From: Candidatus Methanoperedens sp. | GTDB lineage: Archaea > Halobacteriota > Methanosarcinia > Methanosarcinales > Methanoperedenaceae | Direction of reading: 5' to 3' | Assembly (NCBI GenBank): GCA_027460535.1 | Contig: JAPZAR010000036.1 | Location: forward strand, 60,001-92,000 | DNA length: 32,000 nucleotides | Part shown: in pieces, positions 7,707 to 17,502 of the stretch | Layout of the letters: every line of letters begins with the position of its first letter | How positions within the stretch are numbered: position 1 is the stretch's first letter | Notes under the pieces: generated by a model | What the model was told of the DNA's origin: nothing | The model's input: only the letters and a program-made list of their open reading frames with translations | Database searches by the model: none | Program-made: the position numbers and the translations under genes

Positions 7707-9323
7707 ATGGCAGGCCAAATGGGCGGACAGCAGATTTTAATTTTGAAACAAGGAACGGAGAGAACACGCGGAGAAGAGGCAGTACGAAGTAATATAATGG
7801 CTGCGAGGGCAGTCGCAGAAGCTGTAAGGACAACTCTTGGTCCTAAGGGCATGGACAAGATGCTGACTGACTCGGCAGGACTTGTAACCATCACCAATGA
7901 TGGAGCCACTATTCTCGATGAGATGAATATTAAACACCCGGCTGCAAAAATAGTTGCAGAGGTGGCGAAGACACAGGACGATGAAGTCGGGGACGGAACA
8001 ACCACGGCCGCTGTGCTTACCGGGGAACTACTCAAAGGAGCACAGGTGCTTATGGAAAAGGGTATCCATCCAACGACCATAGTTGCCGGATACACCCTTG
8101 CATCGCATAAGGCTAAAGAGATCTTATCGGAGATATCAGTTGATGCGAACGACGGGCATCTGCGTAAGATCGCCCAGACGGCTCTGACAGGAAAGGGGGT
8201 TGAATTTTCAAGAGAAAAACTTTCTGACCTCGTGGTCAGAGCAGTGAAGTCTATTGTCAAACAGGAAAACGGCAAGAGGACAGTAAACATCAAGGACATC
8301 TCCATTGAAAGACGCGGTGAAGGGAGTGTGGAGGACAGCGAGCTTGTGCCTGGTATCATCCTGGATAAGACCAAAACCCATCAGAGCATGCCGGCGCGTA
8401 TAGAGAACGCAAAGATAGCGATCCTGGCAACGCCAATAGAGGTCCGTAAAGCCGAGACAAAATCCGAGATAGCCATCGAAGCTCCGGGACAGACACGGAT
8501 GTTCCTGGAACAGGAAGAAAGGCAGGTCCGTGAAGCAGCCGATAAGGTTATCAAAAGCGGCGCTAATGCAGTATTCTGCCAGAAAGGGGTGGATGACCTT
8601 GCACGCTACTTCCTTGCCAAGGCGGGTGTTTTTGTGACCCACAGGGTCAAGAAGAACGATCTTTCAAAATTGTCACGGGCCACAGGCGGGAAGATCATTA
8701 CGAGCCTGGATGAGATAACTCCGGAGGCTCTTGGAGAGGCGGGACTTGTCGAAGAGAAGATGGTCGGGAACGGCGAAATGATATTCATCACAGAATGCAA
8801 GAATCCTGATACTTATTCTATCTTACTGCGTGGTGGAACCGAACACGTTGTAACAAGCCTTAACAGGGCAATGCACGATGCACTGCGGGTCGTGGGTGTG
8901 ACTATTGAAGACGGGAAACTGGTAGCAGGCGGCGGCTCTCCCGAGATGGAACTGGCGCTGCACCTTCGCGAGTATGCCTCCACGCTTGAAGGAAGGGAAC
9001 AGATCGCGGTGAATAAATTCGCGGATGCAATGGAGATCATCCCCAAGACCCTTGCGGAAAACTCAGGGCTGGATGCCATAGACATGCTCACAGAACTTCG
9101 AAACCAGCATATGAAAGGCAACAGGAACGTTGGCCTCGATGTTTATGAGGGCAAACCCATTGATATGCTGGAAGCTGGCGTCATCGAGCCGCTTCGAGTG
9201 AAAACTCAGGCGATCACTTCGGCGACAGAAGCCGCTTCTATGATACTGCGCATCGATGATGTGATGGCATCTGCAAAAGATGAACGCCCGAAGAAAAAAC
9301 CCGATCTGAGCGATATTGAATAA
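7707..9323 (+). CDS. ths: Thermosome subunit (group II chaperonin)
   Basis: 538 aa. AVRTTLGPKGMDKML, ITNDGATIL, QDDEVGDGTTTAAVL, VAGGGSPEMELA. The SD is AAGGAGGT at 7694..7701. Confidence 0.95.
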   Translation: MAGQMGGQQILILKQGTERTRGEEAVRSNIMAARAVAEAVRTTLGPKGMDKMLTDSAGLVTITNDGATILDEMNIKHPAAKIVAEVAKTQDDEVGDGTTTAAVLTGELLKGAQVLMEKGIHPTTIVAGYTLASHKAKEILSEISVDANDGHLRKIAQTALTGKGVEFSREKLSDLVVRAVKSIVKQENGKRTVNIKDISIERRGEGSVEDSELVPGIILDKTKTHQSMPARIENAKIAILATPIEVRKAETKSEIAIEAPGQTRMFLEQEERQVREAADKVIKSGANAVFCQKGVDDLARYFLAKAGVFVTHRVKKNDLSKLSRATGGKIITSLDEITPEALGEAGLVEEKMVGNGEMIFITECKNPDTYSILLRGGTEHVVTSLNRAMHDALRVVGVTIEDGKLVAGGGSPEMELALHLREYASTLEGREQIAVNKFADAMEIIPKTLAENSGLDAIDMLTELRNQHMKGNRNVGLDVYEGKPIDMLEAGVIEPLRVKTQAITSATEAASMILRIDDVMASAKDERPKKKPDLSDIE

Positions 9324-9349
9324 ATATCGCTTCAATTTTCTCAGGAATT

Positions 9350-9892
9350 TCAGGCGGTTTTCAGCCTTATTTCCCGTAAGGTTTCATATATTGGTCCTTT
9401 CGGTGTAAGGGTACTTTTTTTCAGACTTAAAGAATCCACTTTCATCGTTCCGAGGTCCACTTCTCCAAGTTTTTTTATTTTTTCAAGGATCTCCGATTTT
9501 TCACCCGGAAATTTTACACGCGCAAGTGTCGCATGCGCACTGAAATTCCTGTCCTTTTCGAATTTGAATGGGAAAAGCACGCGTTCTACTTCTTTATGCA
9601 ATAAGTCAAAATTGCCTTCTGTACCCAGCCAGATGACCTTTATATAACTGGGCTTCGGGAAAACACCTATACCTTTTATCCTTGCCTCGAAGGGCTCACA
9701 ATTGATCCCTGATAGAGCAGAAACGATAGGTTCGACTCTGTCTTCAGATATATCCCCCAGGAATTTCAAAGTTATATGTACCAGCTTTGGTTCTACCAGT
9801 TTGATACTTGGAGCTTTCAGGATGGACTCTATTTTCTCTATATCCGGGATTAACCTTTCAGGCAATTCCACAGCGATAAACGTGCGTGTCAT
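9350..9892 (-). CDS. thpR: RNA 2',3'-cyclic phosphodiesterase (2H family, ThpR/LigT)
   Basis: Two HxT motifs (HITLKFLG and HATLARV). The track starts at TTG 9934, but ATG 9892 (MTRTFIAVELP) fits the usual N-terminus better. Confidence 0.85.
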   Translation of the reverse strand: MTRTFIAVELPERLIPDIEKIESILKAPSIKLVEPKLVHITLKFLGDISEDRVEPIVSALSGINCEPFEARIKGIGVFPKPSYIKVIWLGTEGNFDLLHKEVERVLFPFKFEKDRNFSAHATLARVKFPGEKSEILEKIKKLGEVDLGTMKVDSLSLKKSTLTPKGPIYETLREIRLKTA

Positions 9893-10160
9893 ATTTTTTA
9901 TATAGACACCTTGTTTGCTTAAAAATTGTTCCAAAAACCTTTATTTCTTATCTGAATAAGGTTGTAAAAAAGCGTGGTTCTGGGGGTTATTGCTGGTGCG
10001 GATGCCCCTAATTCTTACATAGGCTGGGATATGTTAGGTGTATTTAACCCCAGGCATCGCATTTTTGAGCGGGGTAATAACCATTGTACTGTTCGTTTTC
10101 AGATCTAAACCTATATCGGCAAACAAATTCAATATGGCTCAGAGTGATTAGGAAACTAAA

Positions 10161-11159
10161 ATGAAAAAGATGTTGTATATTGGCGCTTTGGTAGTATTGT
10201 TATTAAGCGGATGTATCGGAAATAGACCAGAAACACAAGCTCCTGAAATACATAGAAACTTCTCGGTAGAGTTGGTGGATTCCAATAAAATGCCAGTGGA
10301 GAATGCAGAGGTTTACGTTGTCGAGCATAAAGATCAGTTTACTCCGAATAGCACAATAGTAAAGCTGATTACTGATGCCAAAGGAAAAGCCGAAATTGAG
10401 ACTGTATGGAGCACTTATTTGTTTAGCTGGGACAATGTTCCTGGAATAGACAACAGCAGACTCCTGCGGGTGCTGCATAATGATTTCATTACCGAGGGCG
10501 GGGATCTGGAGAATGTGACAATCATCAAAATAGATGATGGAAACACCCTCCAGGTCTTTAGCGGGGGGAAATCAGTCGAGATACAGCTCAACAAAGACAA
10601 GAAAGGAGCAGTGCTGAAAAGTAGCAGCTCTCCAGGACTAACCTCTGCTCTAGAAATAAAACAAGAAAACGGTAAGCTTAACATATACATGAGTGCTATC
10701 TATTATTCTTATTTTGCAGAGAAAAGAGGTTATTTTCCAAGCGTCGGGGATGGTGGAAGTTCAGAAAATGAAATAAAAGTTACGGCAGAGCTAGGTGGGC
10801 CTCTTGATGGGTCACATCTTGGTTATTATTTGCCTCAAGGGATAATAAAAATAACACCCGGACAGAAAGCCACTTTTCCTGTTGAACTCATTTCGCATAA
10901 CGGATTTGAAGGCTTTGTAGAACTTAGCAGGGATAAAAGTTTACCCAAAGAGTTTCAGGTAGGCATGGAAGGCGATGGGTTATGGATTTCCAAAGAAGAA
11001 ACGCGAACTGCAGACTTTTATATAAATGTCCCGCAGGATTATGAATTTCTTAGCCAAACAAATACAATTTCAGGAGATATTGTACTCAATGTTAATAGTA
11101 CATCAACTCCAAATGAAACGCTTCCTATTCCAGTTATGCTATTGTTCGAAAAGAAATAA
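10161..11159 (+). CDS. Secreted lipobox protein, hypothetical surface protein
   Basis: Signal peptide plus lipobox MKKMLYIGALVVLLLSGCIG. The N-terminal segment is beta-rich (FSVELVDSNKMPVENAEVYVV). Confidence 0.6.
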   Translation: MKKMLYIGALVVLLLSGCIGNRPETQAPEIHRNFSVELVDSNKMPVENAEVYVVEHKDQFTPNSTIVKLITDAKGKAEIETVWSTYLFSWDNVPGIDNSRLLRVLHNDFITEGGDLENVTIIKIDDGNTLQVFSGGKSVEIQLNKDKKGAVLKSSSSPGLTSALEIKQENGKLNIYMSAIYYSYFAEKRGYFPSVGDGGSSENEIKVTAELGGPLDGSHLGYYLPQGIIKITPGQKATFPVELISHNGFEGFVELSRDKSLPKEFQVGMEGDGLWISKEETRTADFYINVPQDYEFLSQTNTISGDIVLNVNSTSTPNETLPIPVMLLFEKK

Positions 11160-11257
11160 GCAACCTTATCCTCTCCCCGCAATGCTCTTCGAAATACTGA
11201 AAGCTCCATAACAATTTTGTCAAGCAACATACGGAAGCTCCGCACGGTTCTGCCATA

Positions 11258-11425
11258 TTACCCACCAAATTCGTTTAATCTTGTCTGACCAAAGAGTATG
11301 AGATTTCTCCCCTCAGAGTTTATCATTATGAGTTTTTTACAGTGTTCAATGCTTATGGTATATCCTTCCTCCACTAATCGCTCAATGCAAAGCTGTAGAT
11401 GGCGAGAGTTGATACGATGGTTCAT
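11258..11425 (-). CDS. Possible small ORF of 55 aa
   Basis: MNHRINSRHLQLCIERLVEEGYTISIEHCKKLIMINSEGRNLILFGQTRLNEFGG*. GGAG lies 7 nt upstream of the ATG (AAAGGAGAAAACCATG). Below the track's size cut-off. Confidence 0.3.
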   Translation of the reverse strand: MNHRINSRHLQLCIERLVEEGYTISIEHCKKLIMINSEGRNLILFGQTRLNEFGG

Positions 11426-12272
11426 GGTTTTCTCCTTTGTTCATGAATAATAATCTGGTTAGGTCAGCAATAGTAAAAGCTATAGGATAGCGGGGTGAAA
11501 CTATTCATGAATCTAACAGGTTCATAGATAAATATGAAAAATTGCATTTGTTCATACGAAGTAATAAAATGCTACTTTCATTAATCTGCTCATGCAATCG
11601 TATTATAGACAAAAAAGCTTATATCATCGATATTACAAATATACTAATGGGTAAAGGGGGGTGACTTATCCTATCCATATAAAGACTATTTTTCCCCTTA
11701 CCCTTTTAAGATTCGTCTTGTTTCATGATATATATGCGATAATATTTATACAATAAAATTTTTATCTTAATCTATGTGCATGTCATCACTTTTTCCCTGT
11801 CATCCCCCTCGGCTTTAAACCTCCCCGGCTTATTTTTCATTTACCATTCATTCATTTTTGAAGGTTCTGTAAAACCGCACTGCTTCCGCTGGAAGATTGG
11901 ATGCTTAAGATTAATACATATCAAATTTTCTCTGACCAGGTTTCATCAGGGATAATCTTGGGATGTGTATTTCTTAATAGCGCTTTAGCTAATTGCTGGC
12001 AGATGAATTTTTCTTGAATTCCACGTCAGGGTGCCATGGATTTAAGAAAACCCATCCCTGCTGAATATTAGAATATATTTTGTGATGTGTTGAACTTTTC
12101 ATGGTGAACTCGGTGGCGTCATATTTAAGATAACAAGGGTTATTTGAGTGATATCAGAGTACGCGTTTCTATCTCAAGATGCAACCACGTGAAAAACGAT
12201 GATAACTGTAGTGGAAATATTTCGACAAATTATTGAATTGGAAATGTCCGCCAGGCTATGGAGGACAGTATA

Positions 12273-14933
12273 ATGTTCACTGACTTTTTTATTAGAAATC
12301 TGGATTCGGTCTTCTTTATTTATGGATTTGCGTTTACGATCCTTGGGATTATCATCTTCGTGCAGCTCAGGGTTACCAAACAGAGCAAATTTAGATTGCT
12401 TGATATTTTATGGCTTTTGGCCTGGTTTGGGTTCATTCACGGAATAAGCGAATTCATCGATATGTTCATGCTCATTAAAGGGAACCTTCTTTTCCTAAGA
12501 ATTCTTGGTGCCTTGGTTTTGTTTATTTCTTTCTTATTTCTCTTCTTATTCGGTTATCGGATGATTAATATCGGCGAGAGAAAGAGACTCGGGTCTTGGT
12601 TTCCATTTACAATCGCCCTTTTATTTTTTGGACTGCCAGCAGTATTTGGAGCAACATCTTTTGATAACTGGAATATTTCATCAAGATACTTTTTGGGTTT
12701 TCCAGGTGCGATTTTAAGTGCTATTGGATTTGTTTTATATTATAAAAGTGAAGCTAAGAAATTAGGAGAAGCCAAAGTTAAAAAATATTTTATTCTTATC
12801 GCTTTATTATTTGGGCTTTATGCGATATTTGGAGGGTGGGTAGTCCCCCAAGCGAATTTTTATCCAGCTTCGGCGATAAACAACGCATGGTTTACTTCCT
12901 CGTTTGGCATTCCTGTTCAAATTTTCCGTGCTATGATTGCGGTGGGAATTGCCTGGTCTCTCTGGAATATAGTGAACATTTTCAATGTAGAAGAGACTGT
13001 CGAGCATAGGCGTGTGAACGAGGAGCTTCGAGAAAGCGAGGAACGCTACCGCAAACTTGTAGAGTTGTCTCCGGATGCAATATCAATTCACAGCGAGGGC
13101 AAGATTGTATTTATCAATGCTGCCGGTGCGAAACTTCTTGGTGCTGCAAATCCTGAACAATTGATTGGAAAACCAGTGATGGATTTCGTTCATCCTGATT
13201 ATCGGGATATCGCCAGGGAGCGAATCCAATTGATGGGAGAGGAAGGGAAGAACGTATCTCCTGCTGAACAAAAGTTCATCAAACTTGACGGGTCAGTTAT
13301 AGATGTAGAGGTGATAGCAATGCCTTTCACCTATCAGGGTAAGTCCGGGATACAGGTAATCATCCGCGATATTACAGAGCATAAGATGGCGGAGGAGGCA
13401 TTGATACAATCTGAAGAAAAATATCGCATGTTAATAGATAACATTCAGGATGGCGTGTTCATTATACAGGGTGATAAGATCCAATTTGCCAATGAAGCAT
13501 TTGCCAAAGTGGTTGGATACACGGTGCAAGAAGTTATAGGAAAGGACTTTAGAGAACTTGTTGCACCGGAGGATTTGAAGATAGTTGCAGATCATTATCA
13601 TCGAAGGCAGGCGGGAGAGGATATCCCTCGTGAATATGAATTCCATATGCTGCACAAGGACGGGAGAAACAGAATGCTTGTCAATATGAACGTTGGACTT
13701 ATCACTTTTCGCGGCGGGATGGCAAGTATGGGGACAGTGAAGGATATAACGGAAAAGAAAAAACTTGAGTCGCAGTTACTCCGAGCGCAGCGGATGGACA
13801 GCATAGGAACGCTCGCCAGCGGCATAGCACACGACATCAACAATGTGCTGACACCAATAATGCTGTCACAGGAACTATTACAAGAAAAATTCACAGATGA
13901 AGAAAGCCATAGATTGCTTAATGCAATCGAGAGGAGTACACAACGCGGAGCTAGTTTGATGAAACAGGTTATGTCATATGCAAGAGGCGTTGAGGGTGAA
14001 CGCAATGCGCTTCAAATAGCGCACCTTATATCGGAGATAAGGCAGATAGCAAAAGAGACTTTCCCAAGAAATATTGAAATCAGAACTGATATACCTAAAG
14101 ACCTGTGGAATATCTCTGGAGATGCCACACAGTTGCATCAGGTTTTAATGAACCTCTGCGTGAATGCACGTGATGCGATGCCAGACGGCGGAATACTTCG
14201 CATATCTGCTGAAAATCTATTCATTGATGAAGATTACGCTCATATCAATAATGATGCCAAAGTCGGTCCATACATTGTAGTCACAGTATCTGATACAGGA
14301 ACTGGAATTTCTCCCGGCATATTGGATAGGATTTTTGAGCCATTTTTTACGACAAAGGAACATGGAAAAGGCACAGGACTAGGTCTTTCTACAGCACTTG
14401 GGATTATGAAAAGTCATGGTGGGTTTATAACAGTATATAGCGAGATTGGAAAAGGAAGTGTATTTAAAGTTTATTTGCCTGCTATTACAACAACTGAAAC
14501 ACTGAAAGCGCAGCAGCATCAACATGAACTGCCGGTGGGTCATGGAGAGTCAATTCTTGTTGTTGATGATGAAGACCAGATTCTTGAGTTAACCAGAAAA
14601 ACATTGGAAACACATGGATATAGAGTAATCACAGCCAATAATGGAGAAGAGGCGATTGCATTGTACAAACAAAATAGAGAAATAATAAAACTTGTTCTTA
14701 TGGATATGATGATGCCGGTAATGGAGGGTCAGGAAAGCATTAGAATAATAAGCGGAGTCAATCCTGAAGTCAAAATCATCGCAGTTAGTGGATTGGCAGA
14801 GAAGGATAAACTTAAAAAAATCGCCGAGGCTCATGTAAATGCCTTTTTACCAAAGCCTTACACTGCCGAGAAATTATTGAAAACTATACATGAAGTTATA
14901 GGTGCAAAACATGGTGCCGGTGAGCATGTCTAA
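12273..14933 (+). CDS. Hybrid sensor histidine kinase: polytopic membrane N-terminus, 2 PAS domains, HisKA, HATPase and a C-terminal receiver
   Basis: H-box SGIAHDINNVLTPI, N-box LMNLCVNARDAM, G-boxes VSDTGTGI and GKGTGLGLS, receiver ILVVDDE...LVLMDMMMP. The track starts at ATG 12258, but GGAGG (12260..12264) sits 8 nt before ATG 12273. Confidence 0.9.
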   Translation: MFTDFFIRNLDSVFFIYGFAFTILGIIIFVQLRVTKQSKFRLLDILWLLAWFGFIHGISEFIDMFMLIKGNLLFLRILGALVLFISFLFLFLFGYRMINIGERKRLGSWFPFTIALLFFGLPAVFGATSFDNWNISSRYFLGFPGAILSAIGFVLYYKSEAKKLGEAKVKKYFILIALLFGLYAIFGGWVVPQANFYPASAINNAWFTSSFGIPVQIFRAMIAVGIAWSLWNIVNIFNVEETVEHRRVNEELRESEERYRKLVELSPDAISIHSEGKIVFINAAGAKLLGAANPEQLIGKPVMDFVHPDYRDIARERIQLMGEEGKNVSPAEQKFIKLDGSVIDVEVIAMPFTYQGKSGIQVIIRDITEHKMAEEALIQSEEKYRMLIDNIQDGVFIIQGDKIQFANEAFAKVVGYTVQEVIGKDFRELVAPEDLKIVADHYHRRQAGEDIPREYEFHMLHKDGRNRMLVNMNVGLITFRGGMASMGTVKDITEKKKLESQLLRAQRMDSIGTLASGIAHDINNVLTPIMLSQELLQEKFTDEESHRLLNAIERSTQRGASLMKQVMSYARGVEGERNALQIAHLISEIRQIAKETFPRNIEIRTDIPKDLWNISGDATQLHQVLMNLCVNARDAMPDGGILRISAENLFIDEDYAHINNDAKVGPYIVVTVSDTGTGISPGILDRIFEPFFTTKEHGKGTGLGLSTALGIMKSHGGFITVYSEIGKGSVFKVYLPAITTTETLKAQQHQHELPVGHGESILVVDDEDQILELTRKTLETHGYRVITANNGEEAIALYKQNREIIKLVLMDMMMPVMEGQESIRIISGVNPEVKIIAVSGLAEKDKLKKIAEAHVNAFLPKPYTAEKLLKTIHEVIGAKHGAGEHV

Positions 14934-14952
14934 TTAAAACAGAAGAAACGAG

Positions 14953-15348
14953 ATGATGAATAGGAAAATCCATTTATCTGATACGCAGATCAAAATATTA
15001 GTTGTAGATGATGAGAAAGTTATAGTAAATACATTGAGGATGTCTCTTGAATCAGATAACTACAAAGTTGTCGAAGCATACACTGGTGACGGAGCGATAG
15101 AGAAAGCACGCAGCGAAGCTCCTGATTTAATCTTATTGGATATCATGCTTAGAGACATGACTGGCTATGAGGTATGTAACAGGATTAGAAAAGATCCATT
15201 GACCCGATCAATTCCAATTATTATGCTGACAGGGATGGGTGAAATAGGAAGAATGGCAGGCATGGAATTAGGGGCAGATGAATATATTACAAAGCCATTT
15301 AATCTAAATGAACTTAAATCGAAAATTCGTACTGTTCTGCGGCGTTAG
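14953..15348 (+). CDS. Stand-alone response-regulator receiver (CheY-like)
   Basis: KILVVDDE, DLILLDIMLRDMTG, ITKPF. No output domain. Confidence 0.9.
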   Translation: MMNRKIHLSDTQIKILVVDDEKVIVNTLRMSLESDNYKVVEAYTGDGAIEKARSEAPDLILLDIMLRDMTGYEVCNRIRKDPLTRSIPIIMLTGMGEIGRMAGMELGADEYITKPFNLNELKSKIRTVLRR

Positions 15349-15571
15349 GCGGTCTGGATAAGGATATATTGAAATTAGCTAATCCTGTGAAACGGGTCGT
15401 CCACAGCATTGGTACACCTTATAGTTATTCTTGATTCTTTCATCAAATTTTTTTTCTGTAAAAAATCACCATCCACCTCGATCAACATTTAATAATTATT
15501 TGACTCGGACTCATCTAAAATATTCGTGCATCGATTAATCTTTAATACAAGCCATGCGTACTATTTAGGGT

Positions 15572-15946
15572 ATGAAAAAACTTCTGGCTCTCATGATACT
15601 TCTTTTTCTCATTTCAGGCTGTGTGAAAACAAAACCCAATGTCACCGATAACAGGTCTGAAGTTCCCGCACCCAACATTACAGCGGTCAATAATAAATCA
15701 GAGGCCCCCCCGGTTGTGGATATTGCAAAGAACGACCTTGCCAAAAGACTCAATATCTCTATCGATCAGGTCCAGGTCGTCAAAATTGAAAATGTTGACT
15801 GGCCGGATACAAGCCTCGGATACCCCCAAAAAGGAATGATGTATGCGCAGGTCATAACCCCGGGATTCAGGATAATCCTGAAAGTTGGCGATAGGTTATA
15901 CGAGTACCACAGCGATAACAGGCGGGTCGTAGGACCGGGTTCCTAA
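15572..15946 (+). CDS. Small lipobox protein, hypothetical
   Basis: MKKLLALMILLFLISGCVKT signal/lipobox. The C-terminal domain is of unknown function. Confidence 0.6.
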   Translation: MKKLLALMILLFLISGCVKTKPNVTDNRSEVPAPNITAVNNKSEAPPVVDIAKNDLAKRLNISIDQVQVVKIENVDWPDTSLGYPQKGMMYAQVITPGFRIILKVGDRLYEYHSDNRRVVGPGS

Positions 15947-16749
15947 TAACTGATGTATTTCCCGGTATTTTTGAGGTGCCTGCCAATCAGCAGCCCTGCA
16001 AGCACACCGCTTAAATGGGCACTGCGAGCGATCGCGTCTCCCGAACCTATGAACAGCAGGTCAAGCAGGGCAAAAAATATCAGTGAATATGTTATTTTCA
16101 TCGGGATGAAATAGACGTATATTTCCATATGCGGGGCCAGGACTGTAAGGCATGCAAATATCCCAAATAGCGCTCCGGATGCCCCGATTGCGGGAGCAGA
16201 AGAATCCAGGACAAGAACGGACCATAGCGAATAGCCAATACCTGCCACAATGCCGGAAAGGAAAAAGACCATCAAGAACCTGTTGCTTCCAATCCTGCGC
16301 TCAAGTTCAGGCCCGAGGAAAAATAAAAACATCATGTTGAATAGGATATGTATCGGACCTGAGTGCAGAAAGATATGCGTCACGAGAGTCCATGGACGTG
16401 TTAGAACTTCTTGAGGAAAAAGAGCCAGATCCAGAGTATACGATGGGATAAGATATTGCAGGATGAATGATATCGCAACCACTATCAGGATAGTCAGCGA
16501 ATAATTGCTTTTCATTACTGATAATGCACCCATCAAAGGGCTGTAAAATGGCTTTCTGTATTTCTTTACATTGGCGGCGGGTTTATACGGGAACTTCCCG
16601 CTCTCACGGACCTTTTCTTTGTAGGCGGCAAGTCCCTGGCAATCATGGGATTCGGGCAATCGGTGATTATAACAATATGACCTGCCGCAGAACTTGCATG
16701 TGAAGGGCATGGGGTCCCTGAAACCACAATAATCACATTCTTTTGCCAT
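15943..16749 (-). CDS. Rhomboid intramembrane serine protease with an N-terminal AN1-type zinc finger
   Basis: AN1 pattern CDYCGFRDPMPFTCKFCGRSYCYNHRLPESHDC. Rhomboid motifs HIFLHSGPIHILFNMMFL, GASGALFG and AHLSGVLAG. Confidence 0.85.
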   Translation of the reverse strand: MAKECDYCGFRDPMPFTCKFCGRSYCYNHRLPESHDCQGLAAYKEKVRESGKFPYKPAANVKKYRKPFYSPLMGALSVMKSNYSLTILIVVAISFILQYLIPSYTLDLALFPQEVLTRPWTLVTHIFLHSGPIHILFNMMFLFFLGPELERRIGSNRFLMVFFLSGIVAGIGYSLWSVLVLDSSAPAIGASGALFGIFACLTVLAPHMEIYVYFIPMKITYSLIFFALLDLLFIGSGDAIARSAHLSGVLAGLLIGRHLKNTGKYISY

Positions 16750-16775
16750 GGTACCTGAAATTTTATGTCCTTATA

Positions 16776-17486
16776 TCAGCCCGGGATAATAATAGGTTTG
16801 GATACTGTCTCTTTTTCAAATTTGCCTTGAAAGAAGACAAATACTTCTATTTCTTTTCCCTTTTCAAACTCCCTCATTTTTTTATCATACATTTGCTGGC
16901 TGTGCCTGAGAGAATGTTCTTTGAAAAGGTCTCTAATTGAATTCATGAATCTCAGTTTTTGCTCCAGGAACGCTATTTCATATTTTTTTACGTCTTTTAC
17001 AATATTTTCGCTTGTTTCATCGTTCATATCACTATAATAAAAACCATGCTGGTTCAAACCGGCTATATGTCTCCAATCAATATTTCCCTTTTCATCCGCC
17101 TCCCTGTGAAGCGTGTATGGATATATCCTGCAGATAAGCGGCCTTATGTCATAATGTTCGCAACGCCCCCCGGTGTAGAATATACAATGTCCTCGTGATT
17201 TGTTCTTAAGGGCATAGCCCATGACATAGAATCTTCCCTTGTTATCGCAAAATTCATAATAAGGCGCGGGGCGAAGGAAGTCCTTGCCAGCATGTTCGAT
17301 GATCCTTTCCGCATCCTCATCAAGGAGAAAAACATGATCATTGAATTCACTGGTGCAGCATTTGCCACAGCTATTGCATTCAAATCCTACCTCACGGATT
17401 ATTTCAATGAAATGGTCTTCCGGGAAGGAAATTATATCTTTTATTTCCCTCTCGATGTCGTTCGTTTTTATGTTTTCTGGAGTCAA
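16776..17486 (-). CDS. YkgJ/UPF0153-type CxxCxxCC cysteine-cluster protein
   Basis: CNSCGKCCTSEF motif, plus further Cys at GHCIFYTGGRCEHYDIRPLICRIYP. Confidence 0.7.
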   Translation of the reverse strand: MTPENIKTNDIEREIKDIISFPEDHFIEIIREVGFECNSCGKCCTSEFNDHVFLLDEDAERIIEHAGKDFLRPAPYYEFCDNKGRFYVMGYALKNKSRGHCIFYTGGRCEHYDIRPLICRIYPYTLHREADEKGNIDWRHIAGLNQHGFYYSDMNDETSENIVKDVKKYEIAFLEQKLRFMNSIRDLFKEHSLRHSQQMYDKKMREFEKGKEIEVFVFFQGKFEKETVSKPIIIPG

Positions 17487-17502
17487 GTCGATTAAACAGT
17501 TC

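Noticed and set aside
7610-8374. 254-aa minus-strand ORF
   Set aside because: It is an antisense shadow of the thermosome gene. It has Ser/Pro/Leu/Thr-rich low-complexity composition and no SD.
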